Positions 8,155 through 19,095 of a DNA stretch of 64,000 nt are shown here, piece by piece. A program made the translations under genes and the position numbers. Each line of letters opens with the position of its first letter. Position 1 is the stretch's first letter. The stretch lies in IMG/VR virus record IMGVR_UViG_3300033153_004457, positions 7,122 to 71,121 of that record. One strand, written 5' to 3'. The stretch is from a virus. The notes below the pieces were generated by a model. That model worked only from the letters and a program-made list of their open reading frames with translations. It was not told the origin of the DNA and did no database searches.

Positions 8155-10629
8155 CTACGGAGTCAGTTCGTAAATTTCCACTTCGTTCGCATCGTTCACC
8201 GTGATCTCGATCATGGTTCCATCCGGTCGTCGTTGCAATCGACCTCGACCGGCCACACTCATGTCAACGTCTGCATCCATGGAACCCAAGTGATTCGCGG
8301 CTAACAGAGCGCGGTTGAAATCTGAGTTGTCGATTACTCGTCGTACCTCTTCTTCGGTTGCCTGTACGAACCACAAGGTCACGTTGTCCATACCGTAGAA
8401 AGTGTTCACCGGGAACACACACGTTCGACCTTGTGCGCTCCATGCACCGTATCGAATAACCTGCGCGGTCTCGATCACGAACACGGACATCCACTTCGGT
8501 TCGATGAGAAACGGAAGTTCAAATTCATTCAAATTGTCATTCGTGCCATGAAAACGCACCGCGTGAAAGTGTGATGGTTTTTCCAATACGCTCACGGTTC
8601 CGACATCGTAGAAAATACCGTAACCGGCGACCTGATGTGTTCCTGTGGTGCCAGCGTACACACGCACTCGCAAACCTTGCTCATATCCGAGCAAGTTGTA
8701 AATTCCATGTGCACCTACGAAGGATGACCAAGTGGCTCCGTTCCACCCGATAATGGATGGTGAAGGTGCGGCGGCTCCATCGGTTGGAATTAAGACCTCA
8801 TCGACACCATTTACCCACGAGTCTTTATAATCCTGGTCGGTCGAGAAATGAAGGAAATAATCGCCCTCTACGACGAGGTGGGCGCTGTAAACGAGTTCGT
8901 TGGCACCAGCGGCAAGGTCGGCCACAAGTATCGCAGGAGAGGCCCACACGGTCTCTGAGGTATCTGGATCGGTCGCCGTCTTTTTGAGCAAACGGGCGAA
9001 AATTACACCCGCTGGCGTGCCGGTCTTGTTCAGGTGTATTCTTACCTGACTTACAACTCGTGGATTTGCGATGGTTGGAATTTGCTGTGCGATCTGTCCT
9101 GTAGTGATTCCATCGTCGAACCTGAGTGCGCCGGTCGCTTCGCTTAGAGGGTGTTCGGCTACAACTTCGCGGTATTCTTCGACCTCGATCACGCGGCTGA
9201 TAAGTTCGCCCGTTCCGAACAAAGTCCATGTGTCGAGCGGGTCTTCTTCTGCCGAGTCGCCGTTGGCATCGTCGTCCAAGTAGGTGTACAGACGATTGCT
9301 ACCGTCCGCGCTGTCCTTGTACGCTTGTGTCGTTTCGACGAGAAACCAATACGTGCCAGCTTCGAGGCCGTCCGCAATCTCTTCGAGCCAGAGGCCACCG
9401 GAATTCACTTCGTTCACTGATTTCCATCGGCCTGTCCACAGAACGTCTGTCTTGTCTGGTAATCCGGTGTCCTCGCCTACGACCTTGAAACGATAATGAC
9501 CCGCAGGAGAACCGACACGGCCAAGGAACATGCTGCATTTCGTGAATGCCAACGCTCCTGCGAGAGTGAACCTGTAGGCGAGTGATAGCGTGGTTGTCAA
9601 TTGTTCGGTGATGTCTAGGTCGAGGTGTTCACGTATCGTCGCGCCCGTTTCGGCAAAATCTGTACCGAAAGTGTGCTCACCGTACACCGTGTCGGTATCT
9701 TGATGACGCTCTGCAATCATCCGTTGCCAGGTGTTTCCTTGATTCCTGCTTACCTCTGTGAGCGGCTGTGCATCGACCGAACCTTCTTTATAGAACAGGC
9801 TCAATTCGCATCGTTCCAAGATCGAAAGAGCCGTCTTGAATTGGTCGTCCATGTGCTCGATGGATTGCAGATATTCCGGCGCACCTAGAACGTGTTCGAG
9901 GTCGACGGTCTTGTCGATCACGTTGAACTCGCCCGTGAGTACATCGATTTTGGTTTCTTTGTCAGAGCTTATGATATTGGCTGTTGCACGCTCGAAGATG
10001 CTATTTTCTAGTTGGTTTTTCAGGCGTTCGAGAAGTTCGTTCGCGTCACCCGTCCCACCGCCACCGGTTCCACCCATCGGTAGCAACCTGATGTCAGTCT
10101 TTACAGGGGCGACGAATTCCCACACGCCGGGTGTGCTGTTGTTCCGAAGAAGCCACACGAGGCGATGATACGATTCGTCTGTGAAGGCCGGGTAGCCGAC
10201 GAGAAGCGGGTTCGCGTTCGTGACTCCCCAAACCGCGTACCATTTTCCTTTCGGAAGTACGGGCCGAAGCTCGATGCCCATGAGAATGTATTCACTTGCA
10301 GGAACGGCAACGCTTGACGCAGGATCGTTCTCGAAGTCGCCGGTAGTCGCGCCGTCTGCGATGTCCAGTGTACTTTCACCGGGGTCCATTTCGATACCAC
10401 CAAGACGAGGAACCGCTTTCTTGAACGCGGTTTGCATTCCCTGTTCTTTGTTGGTTTCATAATCCTGTTTCGTCGCGGCCTCGATTGTCAACAAGGTGCC
10501 AACGAGCTTCACATCGAACGGGTTGTCCGCGTGCTTCTCTAAGATGGCAAGTTGATTCGACAGGCGTTCGCCCGGTGCAAGGCCGAGCTTTTCGCGTGCG
10601 GTGCGGTCATGTATTTGATGATGTTCCAT
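8155..10629 (-). CDS. Large tail fibre/baseplate-associated protein with two internal beta-sandwich repeats
   Basis: GGTGGGGTG linker; duplicated L.(R/K).G.PAG...P...W...G.Y......YKDS units. Confidence 0.6.
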   Translation of the reverse strand: MEHHQIHDRTAREKLGLAPGERLSNQLAILEKHADNPFDVKLVGTLLTIEAATKQDYETNKEQGMQTAFKKAVPRLGGIEMDPGESTLDIADGATTGDFENDPASSVAVPASEYILMGIELRPVLPKGKWYAVWGVTNANPLLVGYPAFTDESYHRLVWLLRNNSTPGVWEFVAPVKTDIRLLPMGGTGGGGTGDANELLERLKNQLENSIFERATANIISSDKETKIDVLTGEFNVIDKTVDLEHVLGAPEYLQSIEHMDDQFKTALSILERCELSLFYKEGSVDAQPLTEVSRNQGNTWQRMIAERHQDTDTVYGEHTFGTDFAETGATIREHLDLDITEQLTTTLSLAYRFTLAGALAFTKCSMFLGRVGSPAGHYRFKVVGEDTGLPDKTDVLWTGRWKSVNEVNSGGLWLEEIADGLEAGTYWFLVETTQAYKDSADGSNRLYTYLDDDANGDSAEEDPLDTWTLFGTGELISRVIEVEEYREVVAEHPLSEATGALRFDDGITTGQIAQQIPTIANPRVVSQVRIHLNKTGTPAGVIFARLLKKTATDPDTSETVWASPAILVADLAAGANELVYSAHLVVEGDYFLHFSTDQDYKDSWVNGVDEVLIPTDGAAAPSPSIIGWNGATWSSFVGAHGIYNLLGYEQGLRVRVYAGTTGTHQVAGYGIFYDVGTVSVLEKPSHFHAVRFHGTNDNLNEFELPFLIEPKWMSVFVIETAQVIRYGAWSAQGRTCVFPVNTFYGMDNVTLWFVQATEEEVRRVIDNSDFNRALLAANHLGSMDADVDMSVAGRGRLQRRPDGTMIEITVNDANEVEIYELTP

Positions 10630-10632
10630 GCT

Positions 10633-13515
10633 CTACATTCCTTGTGGTTCAAGCCTGAACGTGAAACGTATCTTCTCTGGAAAACTCCTGAGAATCTTCA
10701 CGGTCTTGCTCAAGTCGTTCGTGTCGCCAACCTCTACGAAGTCTTGGCGCATGATTTTCGCACCGGCTCCAAGGTTTACCGTCTGTCCGGTTGCGATTCT
10801 GAATTGCTTGGAACCGTTGACATCCGAGACTGACCCGATGATAGGAAATTCGTTTGAGTCTACATCTACGAAACGGTCTTCCGGTCGTACAAGCCCAAGC
10901 TCTGTTACGTTTGGTACTTCAACGACACCCGTTCCGGTCGTGTACGTGTCCGGGTTGAACGAGGGCGCGATTTCCACGGCTTCTCGTTCGAGTTTTTCGC
11001 CTTCGGTGTGCAAGGTGAGTCGTCCGCTTCCGACCTGATAGTAACGGTCTACGGTGCCGTCTCGTTCGTCTTGCGGAAGGTCCATTGTATCCTCGACGGC
11101 GACCGCTGGTGCAAGGTACGTTTCCTCGTAAGCAAAACCGCCTTCGTGGATGACTGCGTTTGCATGTCCGCTCGTTGCAACCCGTCGACTAAGAGAGGAC
11201 GAGAAACAATCGTGTAATTTGATTGTCTTGTTCTTACCGACACCGACCGCTGTGATACTGTCCAACCGGGTATCATAGAGGTTGCATTCCGATGTCGGGT
11301 TCGTTGCAGTTTTGCCGAAAGTGATACCATTTCCTGAATTCATGAGGACACGGGAAACGGTAAGTTCGTCGGAATTGTTCTGCGACTCGAAGACAATGGA
11401 CCCGCTGTTCACGCGGTTCCGACTGTCCGTTAGGTTGAGTCTGATCCACTGGCCCGCCGCGCCGTGTACGACCTCGATGCAGTTTGTACCGGATGCGAGA
11501 AGTTGGCAACGGTCGATTGTGACTTCCATTCCCTTCGTCGCGCCCGTGTTGTCGATCTTGATGACAGGTCCGGCACCAGTGTTTTGCAAGATCATGTCGA
11601 ACAGTCGAGCTTGCATGTACGAACCGCTCGTGGTGCCATCGAAAGTGATTTCGATGATTGGATCGGCGAGGTTGCCGGTGATTTTATTCTCACCGCCAAG
11701 ACCAAGCCAATTGTAGTTCTTGTTGAATGCGAGTTTCGCCGACACCGTGTAAGCCTTTGGTGCCAGGATTCCCAAGCCGCCATCGGGTGGCCGTATCAAT
11801 GATGCTTTCAATTCGGTTGTGGTGTTGATCCAATTGTACCCGGAAGGAAGGTCCGAGATTTGCCCTATGTCGCCATCCTCTAGGCGCAACACACCGTCTC
11901 GGAATATAAGGATATTGCCATGTGCAATAGCTAGAATCATAATTTGGTTATCGAAATCTCCCAGGTAGTCCGGTCTCAGGTCTCCTTGGTTGAAGACCGC
12001 CTTGGAAAGTTCGAGGTTTGTACGCTGTAACCACGCTCCTTTCGAGGTGGTAAATGCAGACAGGTCAATTGGATTTACACCGTCCCACACAATCACTTTT
12101 TCACCGACCGGTGCGCCGTTTATCAAACCCGTAATTTGGTTTGAATCTGCGTCACCTACGATAATGGAATCTCCATCGTTTAAGTCGCTCGTATCATTTA
12201 CCCAAAGCTCACCGGACGCTGTGCCGTTGATTGTCACCGGTTGCCGTGTCCACAACTTCGTGTAGAGTACATCGTTGTTGGCAATACTTGACTGAGTACC
12301 AGCCGCGATGGAAAACACTCCGCGAAAAGGATTGATGATTTCAAATGCGCTACTCCACTCCATTTCTCCGGTGTCGTAACTCACCTGTCCACCACCACGC
12401 AGAAGGATTCCGTTGCGTTCAAGTTGGTACTTCATGAACTCGGTTAGAATCGAGATGCTACTTGTGATGTTCAGTGGTATTTCAACTTGGTCCGACCAGT
12501 CGAAAGTTGTCGGGCTACTGCCCGCGCCCACACCTATGAAATTACCGAAGTAAGCATAGTATTCATCTGTCCGTAAGTCCTCTGTCGTAATGGTCACACC
12601 GAACAGGAATGACTCGTAATCCGAAGGCTCTACGGAAGGCTCAACACCCTGGCCGAGAGTCCCGGCCAGGGTGATGATATTGTTCCCACTCAACACGAAG
12701 GACGTTGCCGCCACCGTGTATGCACTCAGGTCGTCGGCTGTGCTGATACGGGCGTAACCCGCTCCACCGCTTTCGTCCGCTCCGACTGATACAACAGTTG
12801 TAGTTGTGGGAGACGTTGGAGCCTTATCTACTGTAAGGGTTTGGCCGCCAGTGAAATGTAATTTCAGCTCGTTCGGCACGTCGAAGTAATTGGCTCCACC
12901 GTCATGGTCAAAGGTTACAGACTGCGGCGAAACTACCGCGTCTTCAAATACGTTTCCTGTCGCCTGTGATACAGGGGTTTTCAGCCATACACGGACAGTT
13001 CGACCGGTCTGCGGAATGCTCTTACACACGCCGTTTACATTGAACTGCAAGAGACTGTTGTAATAGCTTGCTGCCAACGGTTCTGCGCGTTCGCCGATCT
13101 GCTCTCTGTTCAGTGAATGCTTGATAACACCCGTTCGCACGTTGATTTCCGTGCCTTCGGGAAGATAGTTGAACCGAATTCCAGAATGATATTTGGTTCC
13201 GAGTAAATTCTCGAATGGAATTTCATCTCGCTTCGTGTCGTCGAGCTTCAGGATTCGACCGTGACCGTCATCAGCTTCGAGCTGTGGCCCGTTGCCATCG
13301 CCTACGGTAGTTTCGCCCGGTGTCAAAAAGCTCACCGTGTCGACCGCTGTACTCACGCCTAGTACGGGATACGTGTAAACGCCAGAGGTCGGTACTAATT
13401 TCTGATGATCTTCCAGAATTAGGTTGTGAATGTAATCCAGGAAATTCGTTGTGATATGTTGCTGAGTAAGGAACTTCTTCAAAAATATAATGACTTTATC
13501 ATAACCTGTACTCAT
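10633..13515 (-). CDS. Main tail fibre/spike protein
   Basis: 960 aa directly after the gpI-like gene; beta-helix-like central/C-terminal region. Confidence 0.65.
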   Translation of the reverse strand: MSTGYDKVIIFLKKFLTQQHITTNFLDYIHNLILEDHQKLVPTSGVYTYPVLGVSTAVDTVSFLTPGETTVGDGNGPQLEADDGHGRILKLDDTKRDEIPFENLLGTKYHSGIRFNYLPEGTEINVRTGVIKHSLNREQIGERAEPLAASYYNSLLQFNVNGVCKSIPQTGRTVRVWLKTPVSQATGNVFEDAVVSPQSVTFDHDGGANYFDVPNELKLHFTGGQTLTVDKAPTSPTTTTVVSVGADESGGAGYARISTADDLSAYTVAATSFVLSGNNIITLAGTLGQGVEPSVEPSDYESFLFGVTITTEDLRTDEYYAYFGNFIGVGAGSSPTTFDWSDQVEIPLNITSSISILTEFMKYQLERNGILLRGGGQVSYDTGEMEWSSAFEIINPFRGVFSIAAGTQSSIANNDVLYTKLWTRQPVTINGTASGELWVNDTSDLNDGDSIIVGDADSNQITGLINGAPVGEKVIVWDGVNPIDLSAFTTSKGAWLQRTNLELSKAVFNQGDLRPDYLGDFDNQIMILAIAHGNILIFRDGVLRLEDGDIGQISDLPSGYNWINTTTELKASLIRPPDGGLGILAPKAYTVSAKLAFNKNYNWLGLGGENKITGNLADPIIEITFDGTTSGSYMQARLFDMILQNTGAGPVIKIDNTGATKGMEVTIDRCQLLASGTNCIEVVHGAAGQWIRLNLTDSRNRVNSGSIVFESQNNSDELTVSRVLMNSGNGITFGKTATNPTSECNLYDTRLDSITAVGVGKNKTIKLHDCFSSSLSRRVATSGHANAVIHEGGFAYEETYLAPAVAVEDTMDLPQDERDGTVDRYYQVGSGRLTLHTEGEKLEREAVEIAPSFNPDTYTTGTGVVEVPNVTELGLVRPEDRFVDVDSNEFPIIGSVSDVNGSKQFRIATGQTVNLGAGAKIMRQDFVEVGDTNDLSKTVKILRSFPEKIRFTFRLEPQGM

Positions 13516-13536
13516 TGATCGCTCCGTAGAATTCCG

Positions 13537-15408
13537 CTATAATAACGGGTTTGGATTTATCCTATCACTTTCCAGTGGCATTTGGAACATCTCAGTTTCA
13601 GAACACCACAGCTCACTTCCCGTGGGTGCGTATAGTGCAAGCGTTCCCTTGGTAAAGTTTGCGTCATCCGCGATAAACAAGGGATTGGAATCTAAGAAGG
13701 CCCGTAAGGTAACAATGCCAGTGTCTTCGTTCTCGATACAGGATACCATAAGCATGTAATACGAAGTGTAGAGTGGAAGGTTTGCCGGTTCCACGTCAAC
13801 CTCGACCGGTGGTGCAAGGTCCGAACGCACGCCCGCAACGGACTTTTCAAAGTATGCCATTCTCGTGTCCGAGTCCAATCTGTACGCGTAAAAATTGTTC
13901 TCATCTTGTACCAAAAAACGCAATTCGATTTCATGTCCCGCACGAATCGAACATCGGAATTGCGAAAGGTAATTTGTCCAATCGCTGGCACCGCCTACCT
14001 GGACGTGTTCGAGTGAACTCTCATTCAAGTGCAAGACCTTGAGACCGTCAACGTCTTCGACGAAAGCAGAACCTTGTATGGTCGTGAACTGCCCTTTCCC
14101 GAACTCGAAATCATCGTAGAAGTCGATGTACCGCGTGTTCAAGCGTTCACTCGAAGGTCGCATCAAATTCAGCAGCCTTTGTGTTAGCTGTCTGTCTAGC
14201 GTTCCATCGTCTACAACTCGAATGTCCATCTGGAATTCGTCAAGCTCTTCGGCTCGATATTCGAGGAAATTGGTTGCCGGGTGTACGATTGTGGCTTGCG
14301 TCACATCATAGCGTGCGTCCTTTGTAACGCGGAGTGCATCGAGGCCACCCCACATTCCACCCGCACCTATTTGGTCCGAGCCTACGAAGACATCGGCCAA
14401 ATTATTGATGTTCGCTCTGACGAAACCACCGTTCAGGGCTTCGTTTACGATCCGCGTTTCGTCGACCCAAATTGACGTTTCGCCGTTCAACCCTACCAGC
14501 CAATCGACGACCCACGCGACCTTGTGCCACGCATCGTCGTCGAGGTCGACCCCTGCGGGTATCGTATTGAATTGAATGATCGTGCCATCTGAAATCGTGT
14601 ACGTGATTTCGTTGTTTGCGGTATCGATCAGTAAACTTACCTCACGACCAAGAACCGTGTCGGCCTGATAGAACAGGTGTTTGCTCCATTCCTTGCTTGT
14701 GCGTATCTGTCCCTCGATTGTATGACCGTTCGACCAATCGAAATGTGACTTTCCAGGAAACCGCATGTAGAAATCATTCATGCGTAGGAAATAATCACTC
14801 TGAGAAAATGGACCGCCTTCCATGAAAGCGTGATACCCGTGCGGCTGGCCTTCGTTGCGGTACTCGCTACCGTCGTTCAGATTTTGCTCTTCAAATTGAA
14901 GCAACATGAGAGCCGCGCCTTCTGTCGATTGCTCTGTCCAACCCGGTAGAGAGATGATCCAAGCGTCTTCGCCAAGCTGTTCTTCTCCGATGGCTTTCTC
15001 ACCGACGACCATACGGTAGTCGAACCAATTGAAGATTCTGGAATTGAAACCGGTGAAGAGCCGAATGATATTTGCAAAGCCAAGCTCGATACCTTTCTGT
15101 CTCCACAGCGGCACAGCGAGTAGAATGATTTTACGAAGGTCGTCAACCGCGAGACCTTGTGTGATGTTGTCCAGTTCCTTCGTTAGTCCTACGATGTCCT
15201 TCAGATAGTAAAGTAATTCCTCTGGGCACTTCTCAGGATCGAAGATTTCAGGCAACGCTAACAAGGCTGTCATGTGGTCTTCCCACACTTGCTGTGGCCC
15301 TTGTAGATAGCGTTCTACAAAGTTATCTTCCGCTTCGTCCGGCACACGAATTGGCTTGTGCAGGAACTTGAAAATATCATGCGGAAAGTTCGGATCAATT
15401 TTTGACAT
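13537..15408 (-). CDS. Baseplate wedge protein (P2 gpI-like) with LamG/concanavalin-like insertion
   Basis: DPEKCPEELLYYL...LRKII...WRQKG; WHKVAWV...GGLDALRVTKDARY LamG motif. Confidence 0.75.
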   Translation of the reverse strand: MSKIDPNFPHDIFKFLHKPIRVPDEAEDNFVERYLQGPQQVWEDHMTALLALPEIFDPEKCPEELLYYLKDIVGLTKELDNITQGLAVDDLRKIILLAVPLWRQKGIELGFANIIRLFTGFNSRIFNWFDYRMVVGEKAIGEEQLGEDAWIISLPGWTEQSTEGAALMLLQFEEQNLNDGSEYRNEGQPHGYHAFMEGGPFSQSDYFLRMNDFYMRFPGKSHFDWSNGHTIEGQIRTSKEWSKHLFYQADTVLGREVSLLIDTANNEITYTISDGTIIQFNTIPAGVDLDDDAWHKVAWVVDWLVGLNGETSIWVDETRIVNEALNGGFVRANINNLADVFVGSDQIGAGGMWGGLDALRVTKDARYDVTQATIVHPATNFLEYRAEELDEFQMDIRVVDDGTLDRQLTQRLLNLMRPSSERLNTRYIDFYDDFEFGKGQFTTIQGSAFVEDVDGLKVLHLNESSLEHVQVGGASDWTNYLSQFRCSIRAGHEIELRFLVQDENNFYAYRLDSDTRMAYFEKSVAGVRSDLAPPVEVDVEPANLPLYTSYYMLMVSCIENEDTGIVTLRAFLDSNPLFIADDANFTKGTLALYAPTGSELWCSETEMFQMPLESDRINPNPLL

Positions 15409-15410
15409 AA

Positions 15411-17870
15411 TCAGCTCACCGATACGTTGATGTTACCTGGGAACGGAAGCTCACGAAGTGCAAGCGGTACGTCCGCTGCGGGTGTCGTGATAACAATGTT
15501 CTTGATGTTCACCGGGTCGACCTCGTTGATGACAGTGAAGAGTAATGCAACCCGTACATACTCTGTCGTGTCGACCGTCGAGAAGTTCCAACGTGATGTC
15601 GTGCCGTCGCTGTACTTGGCTTCCGGGTTGAGATAATTCTGTAGAGCGTTTTCGATTTCGGTCTTGTTTCCACCCTGCGTGCTGGCCGTTACGTCGATGA
15701 CTCGTTTCGTATAATTGACGACCGTTACCTCATGGTTTGCCAAGAGAACGCCCTTGATACCAAGGGTTTTGTCTCCGTTGAAATACCGTTCGACTTCCAG
15801 CCGTTCATTCACAGAGAGTTGATTTCCACCTTGACCTACGACGATCAGTTCGATGGTTTTGGGGCCGAAGGTTTCTTCGATTGCCTGTGCACGAGAGATG
15901 AGTTTCGAGCCGGTCGAGGTCGTGTAATTCTCGGCAAGGTATTCGATGTCGCTCGTGGTGATACCGCGTTCCAAAACGCGGATAGAGGCCGGACCTTCGA
16001 TCTTTACACGCGCCAGGTCTTCGGGTGTGCTCCCTTCCTTAGCGACCCATCCAGAGGCTTGACGTGGGTTCCAAATGCGATTCACGAAACCGATGCCGGC
16101 CTTGTTGACCGTGATCGTTTCGGCTCCTACGTTGCCGTCTACGTCCGCTCCTGTGCGATATTCCACGCGCACATTATCGACACCGGGTGCGGGTATTTTC
16201 CCACGGATACCATCGCCGAACTTGATAATCACGGTGTCGTCCGCTTTGATGTCTACCGTGTAATCCTTGCTGTTATTGTTTGACGAGAGGAAATTGTCTT
16301 TCTCTGACCAAGCCGTAAAGCCCGTTCCCTCGTCGATCTCAACGACGAGTGAGCCTTGAATGAGAGGGCCAAACGAGAGTGTAAATTCTTGGTTCTTCGC
16401 ACCGTCAGAGCTTCCAAGTGGATTCTCTGTACGAAACTGTCCCTGCGTTTGATCTGTCTTCAGATATTGTGCGGCATCATCGATTCGTATTCGGTCAATT
16501 GCTGCACTCGTCGGCGTACTAACAGAGACGATTCGGTATCTCAGGAAATAGCCGTTGTAGAGGGAGTTCAGGGTTTGCTTGTACCATTGAGAGGTGAGCG
16601 TTTCGGGTAACTCATACGTGACCGCTTCGTCAATGGTCATGTTTCCGGTGCCGTCGATCAGGTCTTCCAGAGGTTGCCAGAGAGAGCCAATCACGTAATC
16701 ATCAGCGGTCGTACTCGGTGAGCTTTGACCGAGAAGGCCACGAGTTTCGATGTAATTTACACCGCTGTCGTAGAAGCTGATAGCGTTCTCGAAAACGGAT
16801 GTCTCCTGTAACTTAACCTGGACAACGGTTCCGCTGTAGTCTGTACCAGCCGGTAACAGGCTCGACACATCGACACGGAGTTTCGAGCCGAGGTTTGAAA
16901 CCGCGTTCGGTGTATCATCTTCCAGTTCACCATCGAAATATTCCCACACGCCTGTGATACCACTTGCCGGTGTGTCGAAAACGAAAGTGAGCTTGTCTTG
17001 TTGAATGTGTTTGTGCGCGATGTAAAGTGCATCGCCTACCTTGGGGTCTGCGAATACTGTGAACGGCGCTGCATCCGTGTTGGCCTGTCCTGCATAGTTT
17101 ACCGAGTACGTTCCATCGCTCACTTCGAGGTTGTCCGTTGCACCGTCATTCTCGACCATAATCATTGTCGTGGTGTCGTCGAGGTTGACGAGATTCACTT
17201 GGTTGCCTGTTACGAGCGCAAGTATCTTTCCATCAATGGACGTGTCCGTACTGGTATTCACTGCGTCTGCGATGTTCTGTGCGGTATCGGCCATCGTAAC
17301 ACCCGCGACGAAATCAACACCGTACACGAATGTAACGGTATTGATTTTGAATGAATCGCCAATGTCGAACACATTATCGATCACTCGCACGACGGCTGCA
17401 GCCCACGAGAAAACGTAGCTCACTTGGTCGGTGCGGTCTATGGTGTGGTCGTCGTCCGATTCGTAAATGATCTGCGGCGTTTCTTCCGTTTCCTCGTTAG
17501 CCGATTGGCTGTACTGCGGCACGAATTGTACGGTTGATGTGAAGACCTTGGACAGTTCGTAAATCACCGGCACGCTTGCGGGTGACGCTTGTGCCAGCTT
17601 GTACCCGATGAGACGTAACTGAAGCCGAACCGACTCCAAGAGCTTCGCGGTTGGAAGCAAACTTTCGTTCGCCACCACGTCGAGAAGAACATGGCTGTAA
17701 TGTCCGACCAGAGCGAAGGCCCGCTCAAGTTGGACATACGGTTCGTATTGGTTCTCGTCAGTAATTTCCGGTGCGTTCTGTCTCCTGTATTGAATCAAGA
17801 GTTTCAGAATGTCAGGATAATACAGACTCGAATAATCAATGGTTGGAACTTCTACGAGTTGTCCTGCCAT
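15411..17870 (-). CDS. Baseplate J/gp6-like wedge protein
   Basis: IDY...APEITD...ANESLLPTA; GSSDGAKNQEF; IKFGDGIRGKIP; GNVGAETI. Confidence 0.8.
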   Translation of the reverse strand: MAGQLVEVPTIDYSSLYYPDILKLLIQYRRQNAPEITDENQYEPYVQLERAFALVGHYSHVLLDVVANESLLPTAKLLESVRLQLRLIGYKLAQASPASVPVIYELSKVFTSTVQFVPQYSQSANEETEETPQIIYESDDDHTIDRTDQVSYVFSWAAAVVRVIDNVFDIGDSFKINTVTFVYGVDFVAGVTMADTAQNIADAVNTSTDTSIDGKILALVTGNQVNLVNLDDTTTMIMVENDGATDNLEVSDGTYSVNYAGQANTDAAPFTVFADPKVGDALYIAHKHIQQDKLTFVFDTPASGITGVWEYFDGELEDDTPNAVSNLGSKLRVDVSSLLPAGTDYSGTVVQVKLQETSVFENAISFYDSGVNYIETRGLLGQSSPSTTADDYVIGSLWQPLEDLIDGTGNMTIDEAVTYELPETLTSQWYKQTLNSLYNGYFLRYRIVSVSTPTSAAIDRIRIDDAAQYLKTDQTQGQFRTENPLGSSDGAKNQEFTLSFGPLIQGSLVVEIDEGTGFTAWSEKDNFLSSNNNSKDYTVDIKADDTVIIKFGDGIRGKIPAPGVDNVRVEYRTGADVDGNVGAETITVNKAGIGFVNRIWNPRQASGWVAKEGSTPEDLARVKIEGPASIRVLERGITTSDIEYLAENYTTSTGSKLISRAQAIEETFGPKTIELIVVGQGGNQLSVNERLEVERYFNGDKTLGIKGVLLANHEVTVVNYTKRVIDVTASTQGGNKTEIENALQNYLNPEAKYSDGTTSRWNFSTVDTTEYVRVALLFTVINEVDPVNIKNIVITTPAADVPLALRELPFPGNINVSVS

Positions 17871-17881
17871 ATGCGTATCTC

Positions 17882-18277
17882 CTACTTACCTAGTCCGAGT
17901 GAGCTAACAGGCTCATCGAAGTCCAGTGGATTTCCAGTTTCAAGATTCATGTACTCGAACGCAACGTGCATTTCCTCTACCTGTGAATCCTGTTCAAACA
18001 CGGGGTCGAGGTCGATACCAGGAGGTAGTATTTTCATGCGTCCCATCAGCGGTTTCAATACCCGCGTGATTTCTTCTTCGATGTCACTCTTGCTGGCCTT
18101 GTCGTTGATACGAAAAACCATCTTAGGCTGAATGCCGAGGTCTTGGAATGGGTTGTCATCGTCGCCTTCTTGCAACGCCTGTAGAATGAGCTTGTGCAGT
18201 TGCGCGTCACTGTTTTCGATCTTCGCACCGCCGCCCTTGTTGACGGTCATCGGTATTGAAAGTCCTGTAACTGTCAT
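17882..18277 (-). CDS. Baseplate gp25/gpW-like protein
   Basis: Size, GLSIPM N-terminus, position upstream of baseplate J. Confidence 0.6.
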   Translation of the reverse strand: MTVTGLSIPMTVNKGGGAKIENSDAQLHKLILQALQEGDDDNPFQDLGIQPKMVFRINDKASKSDIEEEITRVLKPLMGRMKILPPGIDLDPVFEQDSQVEEMHVAFEYMNLETGNPLDFDEPVSSLGLGK

Positions 18278-18279
18278 GC

Positions 18280-18465
18280 CTAACCCCTTTGCTCACTGGC
18301 CTTGCGGGCTTCATAATGTTCTTGACAGAGGAACAGTTTTGTGGCTGCAATCGTGGTATCAGCGTTTGCCCTTTTCATAATATACTCTTTTTTCGTCTGT
18401 GTGCTCAAGGACTTTCCACAATCGTGGCACGTCCATTCCTCTGTCCATTTGAGTTTACCTACCAT
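18280..18465 (-). CDS. Small Cys/His (Zn-ribbon-like) protein
   Basis: WTCHDCGK...LCQEH; fills the gap in the operon, with SD. Confidence 0.5.
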   Translation of the reverse strand: MVGKLKWTEEWTCHDCGKSLSTQTKKEYIMKRANADTTIAATKLFLCQEHYEARKASEQRG

Positions 18466-18473
18466 GTCCGTTC

Positions 18474-19094
18474 CTAACTTAATGTACCGTCACCTTGTCC
18501 GGTCCCTGGTACAACGGGCGCACCCGGTGGTACTGGTGAACCTGTAATGACTACGTTCCCTATCGCGTTGTCTAACGAAGCTGCCAACGTGTCTCCGATG
18601 ATCTCGGCAATGTCCGGCCAACTGTCGCCGACGAACCCCGCGAGAATACCCGCGCTCTTGATCGCCTCTCCCATCGCCGTTCCATCCACCACGATTGAAC
18701 CGGCTTCGAGAATGCCACCGCCCGCGAAGACGAAAGACTTTGGCGGTGCGTGTACCGTGCTGAGTAACGCGAGTGCTATTTCGAGTACCCACGACTGAGC
18801 AACCGCATCGCAGATGTCCGGTAAGCTATCCGCTTCGGGCGTTGCGGCGAGTGCGATTTGTAGAGCACTGAACAGATCAGCCGAAATGGCAGAATCCGAA
18901 ACGCCCGAAAGACCTACACCCGTTCCAACGCCCGCGCCCGGTGTCGAGCCTGTATCAGATGTGGTAAACGGTTTCCCTACGAGGTTATCGATTGCACCGT
19001 CACCGACAGACGAACAGATATCAGGCCACGAGTCGCCTGGAAAGGCTCCAATGCCTTGCATCGTGTTCGCCATGTTCGCGCCGGTCATCGGCAT
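18474..19094 (-). CDS. Gly/Ala-rich spike-associated protein with three internal repeats
   Basis: GDSWPDIC / ADSLPDIC / GDSWPDIA repeats; GTGQGDGTLS end. Confidence 0.55.
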   Translation of the reverse strand: MPMTGANMANTMQGIGAFPGDSWPDICSSVGDGAIDNLVGKPFTTSDTGSTPGAGVGTGVGLSGVSDSAISADLFSALQIALAATPEADSLPDICDAVAQSWVLEIALALLSTVHAPPKSFVFAGGGILEAGSIVVDGTAMGEAIKSAGILAGFVGDSWPDIAEIIGDTLAASLDNAIGNVVITGSPVPPGAPVVPGTGQGDGTLS

Positions 19095-19095
19095 A

